DNA from: a virus
Taxonomy: Duplodnaviria > Caudoviricetes
DNA length: 64,000 nucleotides
Virus record (IMG/VR): IMGVR_UViG_3300025389_000010
Coordinates: 128,001 to 192,000 of that record
Strand: one strand, 5' to 3'
The notes under the pieces were generated by a model. That model was not told the DNA's origin. It saw only the letters and a list, made by a program, of their open reading frames with translations, and ran no database searches. Positions 40,401 through 48,255 of the stretch are shown piece by piece. The translations under genes were made by a program, and so were the position numbers. The first letter of the stretch is position 1. Every line of letters begins with the position of its first letter.

Positions 40401-43400
40401 TTTGAGTCTGTGTTTGAGATAAAGAAAGGGTCGGTGTAGCAGTTGGTGTCGTTAATGGTAATTCCGCCACACTATCTCTTTGATATAAAGAAAAAACATC
40501 CACATCAGTTAAGCCAACATCCCATACGATTGCTTCGTCTATATACCCATTGAAACTGGAACCTGAATTAGTATCATAATAAAAGAAATTAAATGTATCT
40601 GTAAAATTACTTGAAAAACCATAAGGTCCGCTAATAAGATTACCATTTAAATAAAAGTTAACGTCTGAACCGTTTCGGGTTATAACCGCTTGATACCAAA
40701 CAGCTACTGATATTGGTGCCGATGTTATCACAATGTTATTAAATGCAAAATTTAAAACACCATTTAATGCATAAATTTGAATATCACCGTTTCCAGTTTT
40801 AAATAAACCACCACTATTATGGGCATTTGAAATATAAGAATTAAACCAAAAAGAAAAAGTAAAATCACCATTTAAAGGAACTGTATCTTTTGTAGACAAA
40901 AGTGTTTTTTGATTACTTGAATTATTAAGAGTATTAAAAACAGAATTATTTATTTTTCCAACACCAGAACTATTTACTAAAACATTTGGTAGATTTACAT
41001 TATCATTATATATTGTATAATCATTACTAATAGAATTATACCAAGGACCAGCATATGTTGTTGTTTTTATAAACGGTTCGTCAAAAGTCCAGTATGCTAT
41101 AACACCAGATAAAATATTTGGTAATGTTTGAGTTAAAGTTGGTGTTTGTGTTTGTGTTAGTGTATTTGTCGGTGTTGGTGTTCTGGATGTTGTACTTGTC
41201 TGCGTATTTGTGTTTGAAGGAGTCTGTGTTTGTGTGTTTGTAGGGGTCTGACTTTGAGTTTGTGTAACTGTTGGAGTTTGCGTTGCTCCCGCTGTCGGTG
41301 TTCTTGTTTGAGTCTGTGTTTGAGTTGGAGTCTGTGTGTTTGTTTGTGTAGCTGTTGGTGTTTGTGTATTTGACCTAGATGGTGTTTGTGTTTGTGTTAC
41401 TGTATACGTTGGAGTTGCCGTTTGTGTTACACTTGGCGTTTGTGTGCTTTGTGCGGTACTGGTTACTGTATTTGTTGGTGTTTGTGTATATGTTTTTGTC
41501 GGTGTTTGTGTTTGTGTGGGTGAATTACTCTGTGTGTTTGTCGGCGTTGCAGTCTGTGTATTTGTCTGAGTTTGAGTAACAGATGTTGTAGGTGTTGGTG
41601 TTATTAATTCTGCTCTGGCTTTATTATACTCATATAACCATGTAATATCAGCATCAAGAAGAACTTTTTTCCAAATTATTGTTTCATCGATATAACCATA
41701 AAATCTATAACCAAATGAAAATCTTTGATTTCCCGAAAAAGTTTGATTTGAATATGAAAATTGCTTTTGACCGTTTACAAAAATACTAACATTACCATTT
41801 TGCAATGTTATTACAAGATTTTGCCAATATAATGTTGGATCTGTTGGGCTTGTTGTGAAATAATAATATTGAGGCGAAAGCGAATTATTAAAGTATATTT
41901 TTAAAGCAGGAGAAGCACCACCAACAAAAGATACATTAATGAAATTAGGTGAATTACTAGAAGACGGATAATTTGAAATAATTGTACCACTTTGTGAAGA
42001 ATCTGTTACTTTAAACCAAGTTGATATCGTACATATTGCATTAGCTAATGTATTGTCAGGACTTATTACTACTGGATCATGTGTGTCTAAATAACTTGTA
42101 CCGGAAAATACAGCGGCACCGTTTCCTATTACATTTGTACCTATGAATCCTGTTGTACTTGTAGAATCATCATACAACGGATAGTTTCCGGTTAAATCAT
42201 ATCTTACGCCTCTCTGTTCATCAAACGTCCAATATGCAATAATGTCTTGATAAACTTCAGCAGGATCTGATGTTGGTGTTATCGTTTGGGTTGGTGTTTG
42301 GGTTTGAGTTGGTGTTTGGGTTTGAGTTTGACTCGGAGTAGGTGTTTGCGTTTGTGTATTAGATGGTGTCGATGTTTTTGTTTGTGTCGGTGTACCGGTT
42401 TGTGTTCTAGAAGGAGTAAACGTTTGTGTCTGTGTCTGTGTCTGTGTAGGAGTTTGTGTTTGTGACGGAGTCTGCGTTTGAGTCTGTGTAGGAGTTTGAG
42501 TCTGAGTAGCAGTCTGGGTTGGAGTACCTGTTTGTGTAATAGGAGGAGTGGGCGTATTTGTAACAGTCGATGTATTTGTTTGTGTATTTGTATTTGTAGG
42601 AGTCTGTGTTTGTGTTGTCGTCTGCGTTGACGTAACGGTATTTGTAGGAGTCTGTGTTTGAGTTTGAGTTTGTGTCTGTGTAGGAGTCTGTGTTTGAGTT
42701 TGAGTTTGAGTCTGTGTAGGAGTTTGTGTTTGTGATGGAGTCTGTGTTTGTGTCTGTGTTTGAGTTTGAGTGGGTGTGTTTGTTTGTGTAACTGCCGGTG
42801 TAGGAGTATTTGTAACAGTTGAAGTATTTGTAGGCGTGTTTGTATTTGTAGGAGTTTGCGTCTGTGTCTGTGTAGATGTTTGAGTTGCCGTAACAGTATT
42901 TGTGGGAGTCTGTGTTTGAGTTTGCGTTTGAGTCTGCGTTTGTGTTGCTGTCTGAGTCGCAGTCTGAGTAGGCGATTGCGTTGGTGTTAATGTATTTGTA
43001 GGAGTTGGTGTACTTGTTTGTGTAGGAGGAGGAGTGGGTGTACTAGTAACCGTTGCCGTGTTTGTAGGCGTATTTGTCGGTGTACCCGTAGCAGTTTGGC
43101 TAGGAGTTTGAGTGTTTGTCGGTGTACCTGTTTTTGTGGGAGTATTCGATCTAGTCGGTGTTCTTGTTTGTGTACTTGTAGGTGTTGGTGTTAATGGTGT
43201 AGTTGTTGGTGTTATGGTATTTGTCGGTGTATTTGTTGGTGTTTTTGTGGGCAACGCGATACCGTAAATATCCGTATAAACAATCGGACTTCCAAGACCT
43301 GTTACGAAATCATATCCTTTTACGCTTGGCAAAGGATTGCTTCCTGATGTTATATCATTGTAATAATTGCTATAGTTATCAGCAGCAAATTTATAAAACT

Positions 43401-44424
43401 GTGCAAGTACACCTTGTGAGTTAAAATATAAATTACCGTATGTTGCTTTTCTTGCTAACAATGCTGCCCACTGTGGCGCACCTGCGCTAGTACCACCAAC
43501 ACTAATCCAACCGTTTTGATTTGTAAAAGGATCTGTAAATTTAACAGCAACATAAGCACCGGCATTATATGCAACATCGGGTACACCTCTTCCCGAATAA
43601 ATGTTAAATCCCTTTTGAAAATCAGGTACTGGATTTATTTTGCTATATCCACCACCGCTATAACTCCATGCTGTTTCTACAAAAGGACCGGTATTATTAT
43701 TATAATTTTGTGCATTTCCACCCGATAAGACCGTGCCACCAACGCCTATTACATAATTTGATGATGCTGGATAATTGACTTCCTCACCGTTATCACCGGA
43801 TGATGCAACGAAAACACAACCTTTGTTTTTAAAGACTGTATCATCAGTGCTACCAGAATTAAAATAAAAAATATCTTCTGGACCACCAAAACTCATTGAT
43901 ACGATTTTTGCACCTAATGTATCAACTGCATATTGAACAGCTGCAAATAAATTAGCTGAACTACTATCTTGTGCAACGACAACGACAATATTAGCTTTTG
44001 GTGCCATTGCGTATGCATATTGAACATCAAGTGATGTTTCAATTGCCCAATGTGTTAAATTGTCTACTTGATTAACTGGTACATTGTCCCAATCAGTTTG
44101 GCCTTGTGGATAATAAATGGTTATTGTTTTATTAGGTAATCCAAATTGAGAACAAAAATCATTAAAATCTTGTTGTAAAAACTTGCTACCGTATGCATCA
44201 ATTATATAAATCGTTTGACCTTCGCCTTGTTGCTGTACCTGATCAAAACCATAATAAGAAGAAAGTTGTGAAGGTAAAAGAAATTCTCCGTTTAAACTAC
44301 CAGCCATTGGTATAAACCCAATCGGCTTTGGTGGTGTGGAACCACTAAGAGCAGAACCTTCTGTTTTTGTTAAAGGGTTATACCAATGTAAAAAAGGATT
44401 AAGATTTCCTACAACATTGCTCAT
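34411..44424 (-). CDS. 3337-aa protein: S53 (sedolisin/kumamolisin-like) peptidase, Thr/Gln/Pro-rich linkers, three LamG-like domains, beta-rich regions, Gly-rich C-terminus
   Basis: ETSLDVQY, SMSFG, ASSGDNG, RGVPDV, GGTSAGAP, GYDFVTGLGSP; three AYWTF.E...DE..I LamG units; TQTPT repeats. Confidence 0.85.
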   Translation of the reverse strand: MSNVVGNLNPFLHWYNPLTKTEGSALSGSTPPKPIGFIPMAGSLNGEFLLPSQLSSYYGFDQVQQQGEGQTIYIIDAYGSKFLQQDFNDFCSQFGLPNKTITIYYPQGQTDWDNVPVNQVDNLTHWAIETSLDVQYAYAMAPKANIVVVVAQDSSSANLFAAVQYAVDTLGAKIVSMSFGGPEDIFYFNSGSTDDTVFKNKGCVFVASSGDNGEEVNYPASSNYVIGVGGTVLSGGNAQNYNNNTGPFVETAWSYSGGGYSKINPVPDFQKGFNIYSGRGVPDVAYNAGAYVAVKFTDPFTNQNGWISVGGTSAGAPQWAALLARKATYGNLYFNSQGVLAQFYKFAADNYSNYYNDITSGSNPLPSVKGYDFVTGLGSPIVYTDIYGIALPTKTPTNTPTNTITPTTTPLTPTPTSTQTRTPTRSNTPTKTGTPTNTQTPSQTATGTPTNTPTNTATVTSTPTPPPTQTSTPTPTNTLTPTQSPTQTATQTATQTQTQTQTQTQTPTNTVTATQTSTQTQTQTPTNTNTPTNTSTVTNTPTPAVTQTNTPTQTQTQTQTQTPSQTQTPTQTQTQTQTQTPTQTQTQTQTQTPTNTVTSTQTTTQTQTPTNTNTQTNTSTVTNTPTPPITQTGTPTQTATQTQTPTQTQTQTPSQTQTPTQTQTQTQTFTPSRTQTGTPTQTKTSTPSNTQTQTPTPSQTQTQTPTQTQTPTQTITPTSDPAEVYQDIIAYWTFDEQRGVRYDLTGNYPLYDDSTSTTGFIGTNVIGNGAAVFSGTSYLDTHDPVVISPDNTLANAICTISTWFKVTDSSQSGTIISNYPSSSNSPNFINVSFVGGASPALKIYFNNSLSPQYYYFTTSPTDPTLYWQNLVITLQNGNVSIFVNGQKQFSYSNQTFSGNQRFSFGYRFYGYIDETIIWKKVLLDADITWLYEYNKARAELITPTPTTSVTQTQTNTQTATPTNTQSNSPTQTQTPTKTYTQTPTNTVTSTAQSTQTPSVTQTATPTYTVTQTQTPSRSNTQTPTATQTNTQTPTQTQTQTRTPTAGATQTPTVTQTQSQTPTNTQTQTPSNTNTQTSTTSRTPTPTNTLTQTQTPTLTQTLPNILSGVIAYWTFDEPFIKTTTYAGPWYNSISNDYTIYNDNVNLPNVLVNSSGVGKINNSVFNTLNNSSNQKTLLSTKDTVPLNGDFTFSFWFNSYISNAHNSGGLFKTGNGDIQIYALNGVLNFAFNNIVITSAPISVAVWYQAVITRNGSDVNFYLNGNLISGPYGFSSNFTDTFNFFYYDTNSGSSFNGYIDEAIVWDVGLTDVDVFSLYQRDSVAELPLTTPTATPTLSLSQTQTQTQTQTQTPTQTQTSTQTPTQTQTSTQTPTRTQTQTQTPSRTQTQTPTNTASSTAGVTQTPTVTQTPSNTQTPTQTQTSTQTPTRTQTQTQTPTRTQTQTPTNTVSGTPDITQTPTVTQTPSNTQTPTRTQTSTQTPTQTQTQTPTNTASSTAGVTQTPTVTQTPSNTQTPTQTQTSTQTPTKTNTPTYTQTPTQTQTPTQTQTPTQTSTQTQTPSRTQTQTQTPTRTQTQTPTNTQTSTQTPSVTPSSTSIPPLLHVDSVNGFYINDFEAGSYGDPSLFLKQIPASGSPVGQYGFYSAVDPSNTYLYVAFRTNTNTFPYDAQVNIYDIRTKELIKKLVYGDSFKQGFNSTYGITKIVFNNEATIAYFAVETNSGFAGIIKYDIVNDQSSLLQFSSSNTGIETNPTLFSNNNFEDMGVDAFDNLIVYYYNFNLSSGNTTLIYEIWSSSSNISFIYNKSFSITNSGFTRGKIQIYSNLSNNTTDIFLSYYGGIIYINNVTSSNTVSYNPDITGGDRIIHSQLLYTDPNDKKLKLAYALVNGNFKILNLTDSGYPTVPLLTNNPNILPPIIAIQTLPINTGFGGSPQNYVTDIKISNDNKYFYIISADTIRNICQINSVSFDLKQITGDVPSIQSVFNDISVIPDEFIINTDNKNIKIIDPNLSGIGVSGGRDPLIGSINIDPVITVGNSDATPKITSVTVHKANKQILAAVNFTNNTANSINLIFNDTIIILTPGISIACVLIYDLNTLSFLGQMCLFDPSTNPISPQFPFNYQILDIAYNPYDKNHPYIYVAYAVPGNNAGAFYVLDNTWSLTNGSNNIPYVPYSIISGPSANINKISYNYPSTLDGSSPPYFNFNYDDNTVICSSFDFLNSASNSVFLYTPNSNSYVTLPFKSTGGKIIRDLNNNNIYYVSYGFYNTAIYGNKKITKIDCTTSTPTITDIPINDYGSTFTYSLIGGYSYLYAVSFNADTDYKCELIVFDIKYNPSTGISNFFKSKTFPLIAESTEYYNLETTNVFDYAYLINYGHVYTIDMSTDPSVKNPIIKTVNSGYDLRGSSKLTIYNSSNVVPVPIITPTRTNTPVPSNTPTQTQTQTQTRTQTQTRTQTQTQTQTQTQTQTQTQTPTYTQTPTTTRTQTPTQTQTQTQTRTQTQTRTQTQTQTPSQTPTQTPTPTPVPQLEGSLVSILPDGSSNTGNDYITEFNLNSLLVSLKNYNNNKNYYVATLEYNADRNQIWVVTVDAVNSSGGAIEIYNVDPNYNLLYSNTISISPAYFNPFQRYDDCLCKFSPDYKYFYIAYLNGIVEYNILTNTFNGNNFGVLGSLLSHNPQDMAVDPNDLTTSGQSLSAIYVFSNFGNDYRLTKVKTTVGGGNYLPPIDSTDFVWSASFGGFNPFDDGIDTFAVDPNRDVIWLYSNNGNLYQYNKSGNRIGQDNQYTFKYKVISGATGFNSKILLNSKGDRLYILRTDGSTVSGHVTCYDVSNSYGINGSTPTMLFDTNLNLKVDVFNQNIFKISKTTIQDLYVFGLGKDGSGNYYMYFVNAITGNLVSTSKINSNGNVGARSLAVIPKITVSIFDNSNAVAYWTFNENAQYGPWYNSVNSNYTLFTSSNLNSLQAYSVPNAGRSGLTGDNAVACSYDPKSNLITRDNISFVGDFSVCFWFKVYNNSSSAGIFRTRDDTYQISYNSSGSLSAIIGGNSISNFAQQITNNTWHHLVMVRRGSYVYIYLDGQIVLTATFYNQDVAAPIQFFYPIIGTNLSGLIDEAIIYNKGLSDDEIKYIYELYLYNLYNQSAGAALPLTTPTATQTRTQTPTQTRTQTPTLTPVFFNIDYALIGGGGGAGKGQFDFNGNYKNGNGGGAGATSSGSLKIRAGDYIKIQAGAGGQGGSAPQIGNYLGSDGVGGGSSNISVNDVIKDTATGGGASNQSGPSGQGNGTGSGGDAFTLYPGTNVPSKYSNDPGANGTASITIAGQYYAGQVGGSVTTSGNLVTITAGTSVATIYTKAR
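39902..40281. repeat. Exact 86-bp direct repeat (39902-39987 / 40196-40281) inside the Thr-rich linker
   Basis: Identical nucleotide blocks; partial third copy near 40032-40072. Confidence 0.85.
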
Positions 44425-44477
44425 TTATTATTTTATACTTATAAATGAAGTTAATTTTTCAATAAAAATGTTTTTTT

Positions 44478-44981
44478 TTAATTCGACAATCCGTTATGAT
44501 TTGTTCTTTCCAAATACTTTAATCTCTCATCGAGATTATCTACTTGTTTTTGGATACCCAACATAACTTGGTTATATGCTTTTAATTGTTCGCTATAAGA
44601 AACCTGCTGTGTTATAATTGTTTCTAATTTACCTTGTATAATTTCAAATCTTTGTTTAGCATCATTGTCTTGTCTGGTATCATTTTGTATCTGCTGTTGG
44701 ACGTATTCTGCAAATTTGTCTTGTTTTACGAAATTAATAGACATCCACATGGTTATATATCCAATAATAACAAAAACAGCCAACATTATGGCAGGTTTCA
44801 CAAGGAAATCTTTCCAAGATGTTTTTGAATCTTTATCTGGCATGTGGGTCAATGGATCAAGAGGTAAAAGGGCCATATGTTTTAAATATTTATCGATCTT
44901 TACTACCCGTTTAATAAAAAAATATTTGACAAGTAGACCTTCTATCATTAATATACCCGAAACATATGAACAAATACACAA
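44478..44981 (-). CDS. Single-TM coiled-coil protein (lysis/spanin-like?); likely start near 44873
   Basis: PAIMLAVFVIIGYITMWM helix followed by a coiled coil. Confidence 0.5.
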   Translation of the reverse strand: MCICSYVSGILMIEGLLVKYFFIKRVVKIDKYLKHMALLPLDPLTHMPDKDSKTSWKDFLVKPAIMLAVFVIIGYITMWMSINFVKQDKFAEYVQQQIQNDTRQDNDAKQRFEIIQGKLETIITQQVSYSEQLKAYNQVMLGIQKQVDNLDERLKYLERTNHNGLSN

Positions 44982-46159
44982 ACAGGGAAGAGCTTAAAGC
45001 CGAAGTTTTAAAGCTTAATTCTGAAGGCAAAACAAACTCTGAAATATCCCAATTATTGGATATCCCTAGATCAACCGTATATGATTATATTACGGGTAGA
45101 AGAAGAGGTGTCAAGAAAACCACCATCATAGAAGAAGAGGAAACTTTTGATGATAATGACATTCCTATTGATGTTATTACAGAAAACGAACCAGATCCTT
45201 ATTATGATCCGGTAGATAACATAATGGCTGGTGTTCCATATATGAGTCCTGTTGAATTGAGGAAAAAGAAGATTGAGGATTTCCTTAACAATAGGGAATG
45301 GAGAGCTTATACGCCACCACAGGTTACTTTTAAAGAGGAAGCTAACGAAATTGCACTGGTTATCGGTGACATGCATTTTGGTGTCCATTGTGAAAAGACT
45401 TTGAATATCTTCTATAAGGTAGTTCAGGAAACAAAGCCATCCAAGATTATTCTTAACGGTGACACTCTTGATCTTTTGGCTGTCAGCAAGTACACAAAAG
45501 ATCCTCGTTATACACACGGTATTATGGACGAGATCAATGCATTTCATGACTTCTTGAAGATTATTCATGATATTACGGCAAATTACGGAACGGAGATTCT
45601 TGAGACCAACGGTAACCACTCTGGTAATGGTATTGAAGGTCGTTGGTGGAGATATTTCTCAACCAGCAACGAAATTAAGGAACTTCTCAATATTCCTTGG
45701 GTTGCAGAGAGCTTGAGTTACCAGAGTGTATTTCATCCTAAATGGGAATGGTCTCGCTTGAAATTAGTTGAAGCTGACAATCAAAATGCATCAATCGTAG
45801 AACTTCCCGGTGAGTTATTTGTGTTCCATAGTGATATCGCCAGAAAGAACGGTGGTATGTCTGCTCGTGGAAACTTTGAAAAGCATGGTGTTTCTTCAAT
45901 TACCAACCATACACATCGTATTGGTTCAACAATGCAGAGGGCACCGAAGTTTGGTTCCAAGAAAGAAAAGATCTATAAGAACTATGAAAATGGTTGTGCC
46001 TGTTTGCTTAACCCAACGTATGTCACAAGTGCCAACTGGCAGAATGGTTTTTCAATCGTAAACTACAATACAAAAGAAAACATAAGCGGTGTCGAGACCG
46101 TCGAGGTTGAGGATGGCAAGGCGGTAGTTTGTTCGCTCGGCAAGACCATAACAGCGTAA
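44966..46159 (+). CDS. HTH + calcineurin-like metallophosphoesterase
   Basis: N-terminal HTH (SEISQLLDIPRSTVYDY); GDMH, NGDTLD, GNH, NHTH; TTGACA-17-TAATAT promoter. Confidence 0.8.
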   Translation: MNKYTNREELKAEVLKLNSEGKTNSEISQLLDIPRSTVYDYITGRRRGVKKTTIIEEEETFDDNDIPIDVITENEPDPYYDPVDNIMAGVPYMSPVELRKKKIEDFLNNREWRAYTPPQVTFKEEANEIALVIGDMHFGVHCEKTLNIFYKVVQETKPSKIILNGDTLDLLAVSKYTKDPRYTHGIMDEINAFHDFLKIIHDITANYGTEILETNGNHSGNGIEGRWWRYFSTSNEIKELLNIPWVAESLSYQSVFHPKWEWSRLKLVEADNQNASIVELPGELFVFHSDIARKNGGMSARGNFEKHGVSSITNHTHRIGSTMQRAPKFGSKKEKIYKNYENGCACLLNPTYVTSANWQNGFSIVNYNTKENISGVETVEVEDGKAVVCSLGKTITA

Positions 46160-46178
46160 ACGGGACAATACGCCAAAT

Positions 46179-46212
46179 AAAACCCACACGGTTTCGGCTG
46201 TGTGGGTTTTTT
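46179..46212. terminator. Intrinsic terminator between convergent genes
   Basis: AAAA CCCACAC...GTGTGGG TTTTTT. Confidence 0.8.
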
Positions 46213-46639
46213 ATTTGTATTCAAAAAATCTTGCTTTATCTACTTCAAAATCATCACCATTATCTTCAAATACTTTTTTTGTCAATAAAACCGGATCATC
46301 TTTTATACTATAATCAGCTTTCCATGAACCGGTATTATCATATATCCAAAGATTAGTACTTCCTCTTGGAAAAACATATTCTACAAAAGTATGACCATAA
46401 ATATGATCATTTTTTTCACTAGGAATTTTAAACAAAGCAAAGACTATTCTTGACCAGATATTGTGTTTATCAAAGGTATCTTTAAAAATAATAGCTGATG
46501 GAAGACAAGAATTTTCCATTTTTTCTATCTGTGGTTCAGGGTTTTCCAACGGTGCTATATCTTTGGAATTAGAAACATTGTAAGGTATGCTTATAAACAT
46601 TATAAAAAGAATTAACATCAAGTATAATGTTTGTTTCAT
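46211..46639 (-). CDS. Exported protein with putative Cys-His-Asp papain-like triad
   Basis: N-terminal signal/TM; NSCLPSA, GHTFVEY, WIYDN. Confidence 0.45.
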   Translation of the reverse strand: MKQTLYLMLILFIMFISIPYNVSNSKDIAPLENPEPQIEKMENSCLPSAIIFKDTFDKHNIWSRIVFALFKIPSEKNDHIYGHTFVEYVFPRGSTNLWIYDNTGSWKADYSIKDDPVLLTKKVFEDNGDDFEVDKARFFEYK

Positions 46640-46667
46640 ACTAATATTTATATAATATAAATAACAT

Positions 46668-46703
46668 AAAAAAAGGACTAATAAATTAATATTAGCCCTT
46701 TTT
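46668..46703 (-). terminator. Terminator downstream of tmRNA
   Basis: AAAAAGGGCTAATA-loop-TATTAGTCCTTTTT on the minus strand. Confidence 0.75.
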
Positions 46704-46707
46704 AAAT

Positions 46708-47159
46708 TGGTGGAGGCGAGGGGAGTCGAACCCCTGTGTTTAATGTTGAGAAGTATATAATCTTCACATGTTTGGACAAACTTCGTACTTTGGTTGTCTA
46801 AAGGTAACGAGGTGTTGTCAACCTATCCATGTTTAGAGACCTACCTGTATGTGTGATTAACGACCACATACCACCGCTTGCACTTATTTTCGAGTGTCAC
46901 AAGTCCCACTCAACCTATTATGATTTACCAAAGGGATTAATAGGATTACCTTTGGTCCTTATGCTGCGAGGAGGGTCTCTTCCTCGTAACCACAGAGGAA
47001 CTCTGCGGCGTTGTTGAGGATATAGTCTGCTTCAGCTAAGATAGCATCAGTATTATCTTCTGCGTTTATTTGTTTCGATCAGCTTTTAAGGTAGCCAACT
47101 GATCAACTACCACATGCATACATAACATCTAACAATTAAGTCGAAGCCAGTACGCCCCC
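46708..47159 (-). ncRNA. ssrA: tmRNA (452 nt) with a 34-codon tag reading frame at 47063-46959
   Basis: 5' GGGGGCG / 3' CGCCTCC-A-CCA acceptor with G3:U70; TTCGAC 5' motif; GGTTCGACTCC T-arm; resume ATAAAC-GCA; tag ends LLAA*. Confidence 0.95.
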
Positions 47160-47220
47160 AAAATTATTTATCAAAGATCTATATAAATCTTATAACAAAA
47201 ATTATAAAAGTCAACAAAAA

Positions 47221-47247
47221 ACCCTCCTTATAAATAAGGAGGGCTTT
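47221..47247 (-). terminator. Intrinsic terminator after paralog pair
   Basis: CCCTCCTTAT/ATAAGGAGGG hairpin followed by T-run on the minus strand. Confidence 0.75.
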
Positions 47248-47265
47248 ATGAATTTGTTGCCTGTT

Positions 47266-47505
47266 TTAGGCGAATGATATGTTTCCGCTTGAGATAATTT
47301 CAGTAGCTCTTGCTAAAACAGAGTCATTCGACCATTCACCAGCAGCGGTATATTCCTGTTCACCTTGCCAAAGGACGATTCCACGAGGAATGCCTTTGAT
47401 TCTGGCTATAATCTTTTTTTCTAAAAAAAGATCTCTAACTGTTTCTACAACAATTTTATCAATTGTTATTGATTGTGAATTTTGTAGGTTTACGGTTATT
47501 GACAT
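47266..47505 (-). CDS. Small protein, paralog family A
   Basis: VRDLF.EK.IIAR.KG.PR.IVLW.G..EY.AAG.W.NDS shared with 47518-47757. Confidence 0.7.
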   Translation of the reverse strand: MSITVNLQNSQSITIDKIVVETVRDLFLEKKIIARIKGIPRGIVLWQGEQEYTAAGEWSNDSVLARATEIISSGNISFA

Positions 47506-47517
47506 AACATTTTAAAT

Positions 47518-47757
47518 TTATGCCCAAGGAATAGCCGAAAGAGAAAGAACCTGAGTAGCTTGTGCAGTAGCTGAATCATTTGTCCAGTTACCAGCAGCAG
47601 CATATTCAGTTGCACCACTCCAGAGAACGATTGGTCTTGGGAGACCTTTTACTCTGGCGATGATTGTCTTCTCTTGAAACAAATCTCTGACAGCGAGTAA
47701 TTCTACTGCTGAGAGAGATACCGTCTGTTCAGGTTGTGTTACGACATTTATGCTCAT
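47518..47757 (-). CDS. Small protein, paralog family A
   Basis: Tandem paralog of 47266-47505. Confidence 0.7.
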   Translation of the reverse strand: MSINVVTQPEQTVSLSAVELLAVRDLFQEKTIIARVKGLPRPIVLWSGATEYAAAGNWTNDSATAQATQVLSLSAIPWA

Positions 47758-47759
47758 AT

Positions 47760-47832
47760 GTTTTTTAGTTGGGGGTTATGGATTCGTTGTATTCCCCACC
47801 CAACCGGATGGGGCGAATCCTTTCTTTTAATA
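47760..47832 (-). promoter_or_regulatory. Structured 5' leader (GC-rich hairpin, possible pseudoknot)
   Basis: GGATTCG-CCCCATCC-GGTT-GGGTGGGG-AATACAA-CGAATCC between the TAAATA motif and the ATG at 47757. Confidence 0.55.
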
Positions 47833-47871
47833 TTTATCTTTGGCTTTTACTATTTCTAGTAAATTTTAAAT

Positions 47872-48234
47872 TTAAATTGTTTTATAAGCTAAAACTGCAC
47901 CGTGTGATAACTGAATAGCATATATTTGCCCATTAAGTTCAAAACCTTGTGGTAATTCATATGCTGTTAAATTTCCAACAAAGCTATTATCAGCTGTTAA
48001 TCCTGCAATTTTACAATCAGCTACTACCTTTATGGTTTGATAACTTCCTAAATATAAAGTTGCATCATCAATAAAATCAAAACCATTAGCGGTTTCGTTA
48101 TTATTGACAATATAAGTCGCTTGTGCAAACAATGCTCTGTTCTGATCATTGTTGACGGTAACCCAAGAATTATTAAACGCTACGTTTGAATTAAACGGAA
48201 CTGCTGAGAGTATAGGAGATAAAGTTACAGGCAT
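47872..48234 (-). CDS. Small beta-rich protein, paralog family B
   Basis: SWVTVNND..RALFAQATYI.N. Confidence 0.6.
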   Translation of the reverse strand: MPVTLSPILSAVPFNSNVAFNNSWVTVNNDQNRALFAQATYIVNNNETANGFDFIDDATLYLGSYQTIKVVADCKIAGLTADNSFVGNLTAYELPQGFELNGQIYAIQLSHGAVLAYKTI

Positions 48235-48255
48235 AGAATTAAAAATACTTATAGA

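Noticed and set aside
36880-43250. Periodic TGTGTTTGAG-type repeats as a possible CRISPR array or DGR
   Set aside because: They are in-frame codon repeats for Thr/Gln/Pro with no unique spacers; no cas or RT gene is in the window.
47015-47030. GATATAGTC on the plus strand, resembling the group I intron S element
   Set aside because: It is the antisense of tag codons (ADYIL) within the tmRNA, and no P7/R partner is evident.
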